Shown here one piece after another: positions 54,638 through 63,740 of a stretch of 64,000 nucleotides of DNA. The first letter of the stretch is position 1; the number at the start of each line of letters is the position of its first letter. The position numbers and the translations under genes are program-made. The notes beneath the pieces were generated by a model. It was not told the DNA's origin and did not search any database. It saw only the letters and a program-made list of their open reading frames with translations. This DNA is from a virus (Duplodnaviria; Caudoviricetes): positions 32,001 through 96,000 of IMG/VR virus record IMGVR_UViG_3300013121_000032, one strand, 5' to 3'.

Positions 54638-55404
54638 TAGATAGTTTTTATAAAGGATTACTTAAAAATAAAGAAACTCCTAATTATTTCTTTTCAGCTA
54701 TTCAAAAGGAAAGGTTTAAACAGGATGAAGAAAGAAAACTGTCCTATAAATGGACAGGTAGATTAGCACCATCATCCCTATCCTTTTCTATGTGCCCCTA
54801 TAAATTTATTAGAGAAGAGGTGCATAAAAGAGAAGTTGCAACATCTGAGAATAGACAGAAGATGGAACTTGGAAAAGCTTTACACGCATTATTTTCTGAG
54901 GAGGCTAAAAGAATTGAAAATTTATTATATGCCCCAAACTTACCACTAGATGCATTGACCAAATCAGAAGGACGATATCCAGAATTTGCTGTAGTTCATA
55001 GTGCATGGAAGATTTCTGGATACGTAGATCTTTGTTTAAATATAAAAGGTAAGCCGGTAATAGCTGATATGAAATTCCCACAAAAATCTGAGGAGCTGTG
55101 GGAAGCATTTTTACGAAATATTGACAAAGAAATAGAGCAGCATCTAACACAAGTTTGTATATATGCAGAGGTATGTAATGATTTAAAGTATTTTGATCAG
55201 CCTATTGAGACAGTAGCTATTTTATATAACAATCCTCTTGTCTCTAAGAACAATATCAAAGAAGTTTATAGACCATATACAAAAGAATTGCAAGAAAAAA
55301 CACTATTATTATTACAACATTTATTACAGGAGCGTGAGAAATTCTTTGCTACAATTGATAGTACTTGTAAATATCCTTTATGTCATAAGCATGGTAAACA
55401 ATAG
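54589..55404 (+). CDS. Cas4/RecB-like PD-(D/E)xK exonuclease
   Basis: PSSL..MCP, G.ALH, E, SGYVD, IADMK, Q..IY, terminal CKYPLC. Confidence 0.8.
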   Translation: MYRYTKFFVCIFGVSLIDSFYKGLLKNKETPNYFFSAIQKERFKQDEERKLSYKWTGRLAPSSLSFSMCPYKFIREEVHKREVATSENRQKMELGKALHALFSEEAKRIENLLYAPNLPLDALTKSEGRYPEFAVVHSAWKISGYVDLCLNIKGKPVIADMKFPQKSEELWEAFLRNIDKEIEQHLTQVCIYAEVCNDLKYFDQPIETVAILYNNPLVSKNNIKEVYRPYTKELQEKTLLLLQHLLQEREKFFATIDSTCKYPLCHKHGKQ

Positions 55405-55959
55405 ATGGGTGTAATTCTAGGATTAGCTGGAAAACGAGCATCTGGAAAGACAGTGCTTGCTGATATGATCATTGATCTAAATGTTAATTTTAGAAAAATT
55501 TCTTTTGCTGATGCTCTTAAGGAAATGTACTCTAAAGAAAATGGCATTGTATTATCTGAATTTCAGGATAGGAAAATAAAAGAGAAGCATCGGAAAGGGC
55601 TAATTAAATTGGCTTCCGAAATGAGGGAAAAGAATCCTTATATTTTTGTCAATTATGTTTTTGATCAAATCCATGATGATGATTTTATAGTAATAGATGA
55701 TTTAAGAACTATTGAAGAGCTTGCTGGGCTATTAAAAAGGAATGGAAAACCAATTAAAATTCAAGCAGATAACTTTGTAAGGATTAAACGTGGTTGGAAG
55801 TATGATTATGATATTGATAGCTCATATCTTGAAACTGAATTAGCTGATTGTTGTGCAGATACTTTTAGAATTTTAGGTGGTACAACAGTATATAATAATG
55901 AGAATGAGCTAACTGCTTTAAAGAAAGAAGCATGGAAGATTTTAGCTGAGTTTTGCTAG
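55405..55959 (+). CDS. P-loop NMP-kinase-fold protein (dNMP kinase / phosphomevalonate-kinase-like)
   Basis: GLAGKRASGKT, SFADALKE, VIDDLR..EE, R.KRGW. Confidence 0.8.
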   Translation: MGVILGLAGKRASGKTVLADMIIDLNVNFRKISFADALKEMYSKENGIVLSEFQDRKIKEKHRKGLIKLASEMREKNPYIFVNYVFDQIHDDDFIVIDDLRTIEELAGLLKRNGKPIKIQADNFVRIKRGWKYDYDIDSSYLETELADCCADTFRILGGTTVYNNENELTALKKEAWKILAEFC

Positions 55960-55976
55960 CTTGATACAGTTTTCTT

Positions 55977-56696
55977 ATGATAAGAAAACTGTTGTTATCT
56001 TTGGCTTTGGTGGTAGGACTATGTAGTCCAACTGATGCTAAAAATGTTATAGCTGTCTTTGCTGATCCTGGTCTTGCAAGAGGATGGACTGAGCAAGACA
56101 AAAGCTATGTAGATGTTTTTTATGTAGCTCAAAAATGGGATAATTTTGATTCATTCCTTAAAATGACACAAGCAATAGTAAAGCCTGGAGATGGACTCAT
56201 AATTGAATTGAATGTCCATGGTGGTCAGGATTGTTTATATTTAGATTATTATATGTCTAAGAAGTTTAAGTACTCTTCAAGAGCATCAGAGGGGTTTATT
56301 GTCAATCATATTGAGAAAGTTTTTCTAAAGCAAGAAAAGTTAATAATCCTTCAAGACTCTTGTTTTGCTGGAAATGTTTATAAGGATTCTATTAGAAACT
56401 GTCCTAAAGAATTACCTGGTGATGAAAGAATAATCAGCATGAGACAAGATGATAGGATAGAAGATTGTGATCACATACCATTCTTTCCTATTTTTGGATC
56501 AGGTAGTGGAACATATACTTGGTCACATATGATTTTTAAACAATTTTTACTAGGTTTATTATATTATTGGGAAGATCTTAGAAGCTATGAGGTAAAAATC
56601 CCGTTTATGAGGGATTGGAATGATAGCTCTCCATTAAATATGGCAGTTTATTTTTTTAGTGAATTCTTAAATCAAAAGCTATTGACAAAAGCTTAA
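55977..56696 (+). CDS. exported protein with caspase-like His/Cys motifs
   Basis: Signal peptide; LNVHGG and LQDSCFAG resemble the clan CD HG...D.C dyad. Confidence 0.45.
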   Translation: MIRKLLLSLALVVGLCSPTDAKNVIAVFADPGLARGWTEQDKSYVDVFYVAQKWDNFDSFLKMTQAIVKPGDGLIIELNVHGGQDCLYLDYYMSKKFKYSSRASEGFIVNHIEKVFLKQEKLIILQDSCFAGNVYKDSIRNCPKELPGDERIISMRQDDRIEDCDHIPFFPIFGSGSGTYTWSHMIFKQFLLGLLYYWEDLRSYEVKIPFMRDWNDSSPLNMAVYFFSEFLNQKLLTKA

Positions 56697-56710
56697 ATAT
56701 ATTTTATATT
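56682..56710 (+). promoter_or_regulatory. sigma70-like promoter TTGACA-N17-TATATT (leaderless geometry)
   Basis: -10 ends 7 nt before ATG 56718; no RBS. Confidence 0.6.
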
Positions 56711-56717
56711 AAGATTT

Positions 56718-57902
56718 ATGAAACGAATAAATGCCCTTACTATTTGTTCTGATCTTGGTGGCTGTTTACAGTTCAGAACTACAGCACCATTTGAGGAACT
56801 AAAACGGTTTAATGTACACAATATTGTATATGCTTATCTTCCAACAGAGCCTGGAAGATCTTTGGAAGATTTACTTATTGATCTAATTGAACCACATGAT
56901 TTAATTATTGTTCAGAGATGCTATAAATATCCTTTAGTTAAACTAGTTAAAAAAATCTGTGATATTGTAGGAAAGAAGATGGTCTTTGAAACTGATGATG
57001 ACTATCTTAATCTTCCTATTTATAATCCTTGTTCTGAAGAGCTTAAGCATCCTGAAGTTAAAGCTGGATTCATAGAAATCTTAAAGATGGCAGATCTTGT
57101 TACTGTTTCTACCCAGGAACTGAAGAATGTATATGCCTTATACTCTAAAAATATTGAAGTTCTTCCTAATAATGTCAGGAATGTTTATTATGCTAAAGAT
57201 TCTGCTGTTGCAGAGCCTGATAAAGATGGAAAAGTAAACCCATATTGTGTTTTTGGTTTCCTAAATGTACCAAAGTATATTAAATTAGGGAATCAATATG
57301 TTAGAAACATCAGGATTGGATACACTGCAACTCCTACCCATTTAGTAGATTTTAATCAGATTAAATATCATCTTTTTAAAGTCTTAAAAAGATATAAGAA
57401 AAATGTAACAATGATTTATATAGGAGATAGGCGGTTTAAAGATATCCATATGCAAGAAATGACAGGTGAATATTATAATATGATTCATCTGGATAATCAA
57501 CCATATGATTTATATAACTTCAATATTAGAAACTTTGATATTGGCCTTGCTCCCTTAGTTCCTGATATCTTTAATATGAGTAAGTCTCCATTAAAGTTAT
57601 TGGAATATGGCTCATGGGGAATTCCAGCAGTAGCTCCAGAATTTATTACATATAATAGAGAATTTACTAATGGAGTCAATTATCTTAGTTATTATAATCC
57701 AAAAGAGTTTGCAGATCAACTATGTGAATTGATTGAGAAGGAAGAGTTAAGAGAAAGATTAGGAAATGCAGCAAGAGAGCATGTAAAAGAAAATAGATTG
57801 GAATGGCAACATGCAGAGCATAGATTTAATATCTATATGGATTTAATTAATAGTCAGCCAGGATTGAGGAGATTTAAACCAATTGATAAAGCCCTTACAT
57901 AA
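56718..57902 (+). CDS. GT4 (GT-B) glycosyltransferase
   Basis: FETDD, ADLVTVST..L, LPN, DIGLAPL....FN..KSPLKLLEY...GIP. Confidence 0.92.
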   Translation: MKRINALTICSDLGGCLQFRTTAPFEELKRFNVHNIVYAYLPTEPGRSLEDLLIDLIEPHDLIIVQRCYKYPLVKLVKKICDIVGKKMVFETDDDYLNLPIYNPCSEELKHPEVKAGFIEILKMADLVTVSTQELKNVYALYSKNIEVLPNNVRNVYYAKDSAVAEPDKDGKVNPYCVFGFLNVPKYIKLGNQYVRNIRIGYTATPTHLVDFNQIKYHLFKVLKRYKKNVTMIYIGDRRFKDIHMQEMTGEYYNMIHLDNQPYDLYNFNIRNFDIGLAPLVPDIFNMSKSPLKLLEYGSWGIPAVAPEFITYNREFTNGVNYLSYYNPKEFADQLCELIEKEELRERLGNAAREHVKENRLEWQHAEHRFNIYMDLINSQPGLRRFKPIDKALT

Positions 57903-58164
57903 TTGGGTAGTTGTGCGTAGGCGGCAACCAGCAGAGTACTCAAGTTTAATTATTTTACCAGATGAAAAGATAGAAAAAAGCCCATGGGTAGATGTTATAG
58001 CTGTTAATAGGAAAAACAAATATAATATTAACCCTGGTGATTGCTGCTATTTGAGACAATATAGTGGTAGCTCTATCGGTGGATTAAAAGATCCTAATCT
58101 TATTATTGTTCAAGAAGAATTGCTAGAAGCAAGACTTGAAGGAGATCATAAAAATGTACGATGA
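57883..58164 (+). CDS. groES: GroES-like co-chaperonin
   Basis: IKPLHNWVVV, IILPD, VIAV, PGD, YSG, IIV.EE.LEA. Confidence 0.75.
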   Translation: MIKPLHNWVVVRRRQPAEYSSLIILPDEKIEKSPWVDVIAVNRKNKYNINPGDCCYLRQYSGSSIGGLKDPNLIIVQEELLEARLEGDHKNVR

Positions 58165-58382
58165 TTATGTAGAACATATGTATGTTATTAATAATGATGT
58201 TCCTGAGGTGTTTGATTTAACTCCTTATGAAATTAATAACATGAACTTAACTTTGGTAAAAACTAGTGAAAATGAAGCTCCAATTATAGTATTAGGCCAG
58301 GGGTATAGGGGAGAAATTTGTCAACCTTATTCTCATCTTACTATAAAGTATAGTGGAACTGAATGGATTGAGATTATGAAAG

Positions 58383-58745
58383 ATGAGTAGTGCTAATTGG
58401 AAAAATGCAGAACGTAAGCTTGCAGAAGAGTTACAAAAAGAAGGAATACCAGCATATAGAGTATCACGGGCTGGAGATTTTGGCAAGTCGGATACTGATG
58501 TAAAGATTGAAGGTGCTGAATTCCTACAACTTGATAGTAAATATACAGAAGCTAAGCCATTTAGACATCATGGATTACTTAGAGTAATTAAAGATAAGTA
58601 TTGTAAAAAACCAGAGGATGTTCCTATTCTCTTCACTAAGAATTATAAAGAGCATTCTGGCTGTATTACTGTGGAAGCAAAATTTTTTGCCAAACTTCTC
58701 CAAGCCTATCTGTTATTACAAAAAAGAGATAATAAAAATGAGTGA
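58383..58745 (+). CDS. Hjc-like PD-(D/E)xK resolvase
   Basis: WKNAERKLAEEL, RVSRAG, DTDV, LDSK. Confidence 0.65.
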   Translation: MSSANWKNAERKLAEELQKEGIPAYRVSRAGDFGKSDTDVKIEGAEFLQLDSKYTEAKPFRHHGLLRVIKDKYCKKPEDVPILFTKNYKEHSGCITVEAKFFAKLLQAYLLLQKRDNKNE

Positions 58746-59817
58746 GATGGAATCCATTACTAGAGATCTAGTAATTGCCTCAACATATAGAGTTCTTACT
58801 AAAAAAGAAGAGGGGGATTTAATTAGAAGTGCTCAAGCTGGTGATCAAAAAGCTCTAACACTTTTAATCAAACATAACCTCAGGCTTGTTATTTCTATTG
58901 CTAGGAGATTTCAAGGAAGGGGTGTTCCTTTAGAAGATCTAGTACAGGAAGGAAAGCTCGGATTAATGCGAGCTATTAGAGGTTTTGAATTAGATAGGAA
59001 TTTAAAATTATCAACCTATGCTACACAATGGATTCGCCAATTTGTAAACAGAAGTATTGAAAATAAAGGAAAGTTAATCAGGATTCCTATTCATATGCTT
59101 TCTAAAATTACTGAAATTAAGCGGATATTTAGAAAATATACAGAAGATAACCTTGGTGTAACTCCTTCCTCTGAGGAAATAGCTGCTCTTTATAATATGA
59201 ATTTGGGGAATAAAAGAAATTTTAAACCTATTACATATGAAGAAGCTGAAGAGCTGGGCAGATTTATGCAAGACCTTTACTCTTTAGATGATTCTACATC
59301 TGAAGACGATCATTTAACTATAATGCATTATATTGGTTCAGAGAATTCTGATGCAACTGAAGCCACACTAGATAAGGAATATCTTAAATCATTATTGACA
59401 ATACTACCTGAAGAGGATAGAATCTTTCTTGAGATAAAATATGGATTTCTGGACTGGGAAAATAAATCAGATCACCAGATGGCTGAGTTATTTCAAACAA
59501 CAGTTAAAGAAATCAAGAAGAAAGAGGAGGAAATTCTTATGGTCCTCAGAGAAGCAGCAGAAAGAAATAAAGTTAATATGGAAAAAGGGATTACAACTGA
59601 AAAGTTTAATCTTGTACTTGAGAGTACATCTAATAAGCCCCTTCAAGTAAGTGAAATTCTTTATAAAGATTATAGATTTTCTAATAGTCAAATTGCCGCA
59701 GCATTAAAGTTTTTGCCTATGGTAGTAGCTTCTAATCTGTCTTATGATGAGGCAGCAGAGGGATATAAGAAATTTAAATTGCTTGGTGCTAAAGCATCTA
59801 TTATTCCAAGTAAATAG
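58738..59817 (+). CDS. RpoD/RpoS-like sigma-70 factor with C-terminal bL12-CTD-like domain (start ATG 58738)
   Basis: LT..EE..L, LIKHNLRLVISIARRF.GRG, DLVQEG.LGLMRA, KLSTYATQWIRQ, IRIPIH; extra domain of about 70 aa. Confidence 0.92.
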   Translation: MSEMESITRDLVIASTYRVLTKKEEGDLIRSAQAGDQKALTLLIKHNLRLVISIARRFQGRGVPLEDLVQEGKLGLMRAIRGFELDRNLKLSTYATQWIRQFVNRSIENKGKLIRIPIHMLSKITEIKRIFRKYTEDNLGVTPSSEEIAALYNMNLGNKRNFKPITYEEAEELGRFMQDLYSLDDSTSEDDHLTIMHYIGSENSDATEATLDKEYLKSLLTILPEEDRIFLEIKYGFLDWENKSDHQMAELFQTTVKEIKKKEEEILMVLREAAERNKVNMEKGITTEKFNLVLESTSNKPLQVSEILYKDYRFSNSQIAAALKFLPMVVASNLSYDEAAEGYKKFKLLGAKASIIPSK

Positions 59818-59819
59818 AT

Positions 59820-60344
59820 ATGCTTTATCTGCCAGATAAAAGTAACTTCTACTTTTTATGTAAGAAGTGTGATACAACTTATATCCCAAGGAGTTTGATT
59901 AATCCTGGATTTTGTCGGAAAAAATACTGTGTATTTGATCATAAACCCTGTATCTTATGTGGAAGCTTAACCTGTAGACGGGTTGTTCTTGATTATTTTG
60001 AGTATGATGTAACCAATTGGGTTAGTAATTGGAGTCCGCCTTCTTCACCTATAGATAAGGCTGTTATTACTTATACCACTATTAAGGATAGATATTTTTT
60101 TATAGATGATCCAGATGAAGGAGCAGTCTTTAAGCAAGTTATTTACAGTAGATATTTAATTTATATTTATAATACTGATGGTTGGATAGTAGGATTTTAT
60201 GAAAATAGTACTATGCAAGGAGCATTAGAATATGCTAATCACTTACTAGAGGGAGGAAGAATTGAATTTGATTCTAATCCTGATCAGGCGAGACATCCAC
60301 AGTTTCAGAAGCAATTAAACCACGAGCAATCCCCTCTTTTCTAA
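59820..60344 (+). CDS. Cys-rich hypothetical protein
   Basis: CKKC, C...C, CILC. Confidence 0.55.
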   Translation: MLYLPDKSNFYFLCKKCDTTYIPRSLINPGFCRKKYCVFDHKPCILCGSLTCRRVVLDYFEYDVTNWVSNWSPPSSPIDKAVITYTTIKDRYFFIDDPDEGAVFKQVIYSRYLIYIYNTDGWIVGFYENSTMQGALEYANHLLEGGRIEFDSNPDQARHPQFQKQLNHEQSPLF

Positions 60345-60624
60345 GGGCTTCCCGTTGCTTAATTAATCTAAGCTCTTCTTCTGGAGTTAGTTCAATTTTT
60401 CTATAGATAATTTCTCCATTCATATCTTTATCTACATGCCAAAAATTAGCCATATAATCAGTAAAATCGAAGGCAGTTTGATCAATTTGATATGAAAGAT
60501 TATTGTACTTATTGACAATTTCAATAATCATATGTTCTAATTCTTGAATTCTTACCATTAACCCATGAATGAAGTGGTAAAGAATACCAGCCATTAAAGC
60601 ACCTGAGAGAACTTCTAATATCAT
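60274..60624 (-). CDS. membrane-anchored coiled-coil protein
   Basis: N-terminal TM; coupled to 60621..60878. Confidence 0.6.
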   Translation of the reverse strand: MILEVLSGALMAGILYHFIHGLMVRIQELEHMIIEIVNKYNNLSYQIDQTAFDFTDYMANFWHVDKDMNGEIIYRKIELTPEEELRLIKQREALRKEGIARGLIASETVDVSPDQD

Positions 60625-60878
60625 TTTTCAAACCTACCTACAAATAGCTTAGCTGTTTTAGTTTCTGGATCATAATCTTCACCATCACTTCTCTCTTGAA
60701 AAGTAACATGAAGATCATTTAATTTAATATCATCAAAAGTTCTGGAAGTAGGATCATTGATATCTTTATAATAATCAATATGCCAATGCCATCCAGAGGG
60801 GGAACACAAAGGATAAAGAGAAATTATGGTAAACAGACATAAGTTTTTAAGAATTAAACCTTTCAATTTCTCACTCAA
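60621..60878 (-). CDS. exported hypothetical protein
   Basis: Signal-like N-terminus. Confidence 0.55.
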   Translation of the reverse strand: MSEKLKGLILKNLCLFTIISLYPLCSPSGWHWHIDYYKDINDPTSRTFDDIKLNDLHVTFQERSDGEDYDPETKTAKLFVGRFEK

Positions 60879-60920
60879 TCTTCTATAATAGGATTATATA
60901 TTAAATGTAAAGGAAATGTA

Positions 60921-61184
60921 ATGATTTTAAAGGATATTTTTCATTATCTCTCTGTTAAAGCTATCATTAAAGCTGCTAAAGAAAAAACTGGAATGGCTGC
61001 TCAAACCTTTCCTATTGTATCTGATGAAGATCAAAGAAGGATAGCAAAAGAGTTTGCTCCTTCAGAGGAACTTAAGAAAAAGGTAGAGATTGAAGCTATG
61101 AGGAAAACCCTTATGCAGAAAATGTATGATGATCCTAGAAAATTCTGGGAAGATATGAATAGATGGAGAAAAGGAAATGAGTAA
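60921..61184 (+). CDS. hypothetical protein
   Basis: AAAGGA RBS. Confidence 0.6.
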   Translation: MILKDIFHYLSVKAIIKAAKEKTGMAAQTFPIVSDEDQRRIAKEFAPSEELKKKVEIEAMRKTLMQKMYDDPRKFWEDMNRWRKGNE

Positions 61185-61357
61185 GCTTACCTTTCATAAA
61201 AATGAAGTTGTTATTTTTAAAGGGACTAATCATGCTCCTGTACAAAAGGTTGTAATTTTAGAAACATTAGATTCTTTCCATCTTCCATATCTTATTGAGT
61301 CTACATGGCTTGATGGAAAAGTCCATAGGCACTGGGTTGAGGCAGCTATGTTAGAAC

Positions 61358-63130
61358 GTGGTTCTAAAATTGCTTCTAGTTGATTTTGTTGGACAAAATA
61401 TAAAAGTTAAGATAATTCCTGGACCTTTGTTTAATGAGGAAAGGGATAAGATTAAAACTATTCCAGGTAAAAAGCCTATATATGGGTTGGAAAATGGAAT
61501 AGATAAGTTCCTATATTGGGAGATTCCACAGTCCTCTTTAGGATCATTTTGTGAAAAGTTTAATAAAGAAGATCTAATTCTGCAATCAAAAAAGGTAGAA
61601 GCTCTTTTTTCAGGACTTAATCTACTACTTAAGACAGTAGAAGAGCTACCAAAAATTCAAGAAGAAGTCAAGTGGATACGCCCACCCAGATTTCCTTGCC
61701 AAGAGGATTACATTAGAATCTCTAGAGAGAAGAATAAACTACTTTGTGCCCTATCTCCAGGATTAGGGAAGAGCTATATTAGTCTTTCTAGGGCTAATAT
61801 TCTTGGATTTTCTAAACTACTTATTGTTGGACTTAAAAGTACTCTAACCAATACTTGGAAATCTGAAATTTATAAGACTTTAAATAAAGATTGTTTAATT
61901 TATCATGGAACCATAAAACAAAGAGAAAAACTAAGAACACAATTTCCTCAATATGATATTGTTGTAACTACATACTCTATGGTTGGAGAGTTACAGAAAT
62001 CTGGTCAGATTTTTGATCAGATTATTATAGATGAGGCACACCTTCTTGCCCATTCAGATACTAAAATATATAAAAATGTTGAAGGATTATTTAGAAATAA
62101 TCCTAATGCTGGTATTCAGCTATTATCTGGAACTCCAGTTCTGCATAAACCTTCAGACTTATGGGGGCTTGTACATCTTTTATATCCTCAGTTGGCTGGA
62201 GATTTTTATTCTTGGAAATTTAGATATGAAGAAGTTCTTAAATCTATTAATGTTAGAGGAAAATCTGGAAGATTAATTAAAATTCCTATTAAGACTAAAA
62301 TTAGGAATTTGGATGATCTCCATAAGCGTATTAAACCTTTTACAGTTAGAGTAAAAAGGGATGAGCTAGTTTCTTTTGAAGAATCAGTTGAAATTGAATA
62401 TGTAGATTTAGTAGGAAAGCAAAAATCTCTTTATAATCAACTTAAAACAGATCTCATAATTCAATTAGAAAATAAAGAGATTTCTGTACAAAACTCTCTA
62501 GCTCAACTAACCAGACTCCTCCAGGTTGCTGAAGGGGCATTTAATCTTGAAGAAAGTTGGTTAGACTCAGGAAAATTGGATTATTTAGAGGAAATATTAA
62601 AATCCTCTAATGAAAAAATTGTTGTATGGTCACGTTTTAAACCAATCATAAAAATTTTGGGGGAGAGGTTTAAAAAACGATCTGTTTTATTTAATGGTGA
62701 TATTTCTTTAAATCAGAAAACCTTAGGAGTTTGGGCTTTTCAAGGTGTTGATTCTATTGCTGATGAAAAAGAATATTATAGGTTAGCTAAATTAGGCAAT
62801 TGGAAACTAGAACCAGGAGAAGCACAGTATTTTTTTGGTACTATAGACCGTGGTACATCTGCTGGATTAAATTTACATGCCTCATATCGGCAATATTTTA
62901 CAAGCTTTCACTGGAATGGAAATATAAATGAGCAAGCAGCTTCAAGATTAAAAAGAATAGATCAAGATGCTGATGTAGTATATACTACATTTATTGTTTC
63001 TCAACAAACTATAGAGGACTACGCATTAAAGCTAATCTTTAATAATTTGAAGAACTGCCTTCATATTATAGATGGTGGAAATGATATATCTCTTCATCAA
63101 ATTACAGACATTATAAGGAGTCTAAAATGA
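61358..63130 (+). CDS. SNF2-family helicase/translocase
   Basis: PGLGKS, W..EI, IIIDEAH, LSGTP, LTRLLQ, SGK, GLNL, EQA.SRL.RI.Q. Confidence 0.92.
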   Translation: MVLKLLLVDFVGQNIKVKIIPGPLFNEERDKIKTIPGKKPIYGLENGIDKFLYWEIPQSSLGSFCEKFNKEDLILQSKKVEALFSGLNLLLKTVEELPKIQEEVKWIRPPRFPCQEDYIRISREKNKLLCALSPGLGKSYISLSRANILGFSKLLIVGLKSTLTNTWKSEIYKTLNKDCLIYHGTIKQREKLRTQFPQYDIVVTTYSMVGELQKSGQIFDQIIIDEAHLLAHSDTKIYKNVEGLFRNNPNAGIQLLSGTPVLHKPSDLWGLVHLLYPQLAGDFYSWKFRYEEVLKSINVRGKSGRLIKIPIKTKIRNLDDLHKRIKPFTVRVKRDELVSFEESVEIEYVDLVGKQKSLYNQLKTDLIIQLENKEISVQNSLAQLTRLLQVAEGAFNLEESWLDSGKLDYLEEILKSSNEKIVVWSRFKPIIKILGERFKKRSVLFNGDISLNQKTLGVWAFQGVDSIADEKEYYRLAKLGNWKLEPGEAQYFFGTIDRGTSAGLNLHASYRQYFTSFHWNGNINEQAASRLKRIDQDADVVYTTFIVSQQTIEDYALKLIFNNLKNCLHIIDGGNDISLHQITDIIRSLK

Positions 63131-63729
63131 CAATATGTGCGGCAGTTAAACGTGATGGAAAGGTTTTTGTAGGTGCAGATAGTCTAGTAGTAGCTGGTGG
63201 AGATACTAAAAGCTATACAACTAAAATAACTAAATTAGGTTATAACATAATCCTTTATTCTGGTCTAGCTTTGGTTAAGAATATTCTTGATGAAATGGTT
63301 GATAATAAGCAGTATAAAAATCTTAATATTAACTCAGTAGCGGAAGCTAGAGATTTTGGGAAAACTGTTTTTTCAAGCTTAAAAGCAGAATTAGAAGATT
63401 CTCCATGGGGTCCACATTATACAGAAATGTCCAAGGATATTGGAGATCTTCTTATATGTACTCCTACTAAGATTTTTCAAGTTGATCCAGCTTTTAATTG
63501 TGCAGAAATCCATAATTTTATAGCTATTGGATCTGGTGCTCCGTATGCTACAGCAGTTCTAGAGTTTGGACTTAGAAATGAATATGAAGATTTGAAAGAA
63601 CTTTTACATGAAGCAATTGACATTACATCTAAATATAGTTTAGGATGTTCTTTACCAGCAGAAATTTTGGAAGTTGGAAGCAAGCCAATTAAGGTTTCTA
63701 GGAAACAAAAAAGAATACATATAAAATGA
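63127..63729 (+). CDS. Ntn-hydrolase (HslV/proteasome-beta-like peptidase)
   Basis: N-terminal M-T, VFVGADS, TKI, AIGSG..YA. Confidence 0.85.
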   Translation: MTICAAVKRDGKVFVGADSLVVAGGDTKSYTTKITKLGYNIILYSGLALVKNILDEMVDNKQYKNLNINSVAEARDFGKTVFSSLKAELEDSPWGPHYTEMSKDIGDLLICTPTKIFQVDPAFNCAEIHNFIAIGSGAPYATAVLEFGLRNEYEDLKELLHEAIDITSKYSLGCSLPAEILEVGSKPIKVSRKQKRIHIK

Positions 63730-63740
63730 TGTAGGTTTGA

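Noticed and set aside
54589-55404. CRISPR-Cas system around the Cas4-like nuclease
   Set aside because: No repeat-spacer array or other cas genes are visible; stand-alone Cas4-like nucleases are common in phages.
2505-63683. Many short antisense or nested ORFs in the track (e.g. 6872-7189, 6981-7400, 33507-33857, 38449-38754, 62031-62276)
   Set aside because: They are shadows of well-supported genes, with no RBS or recognisable motifs.
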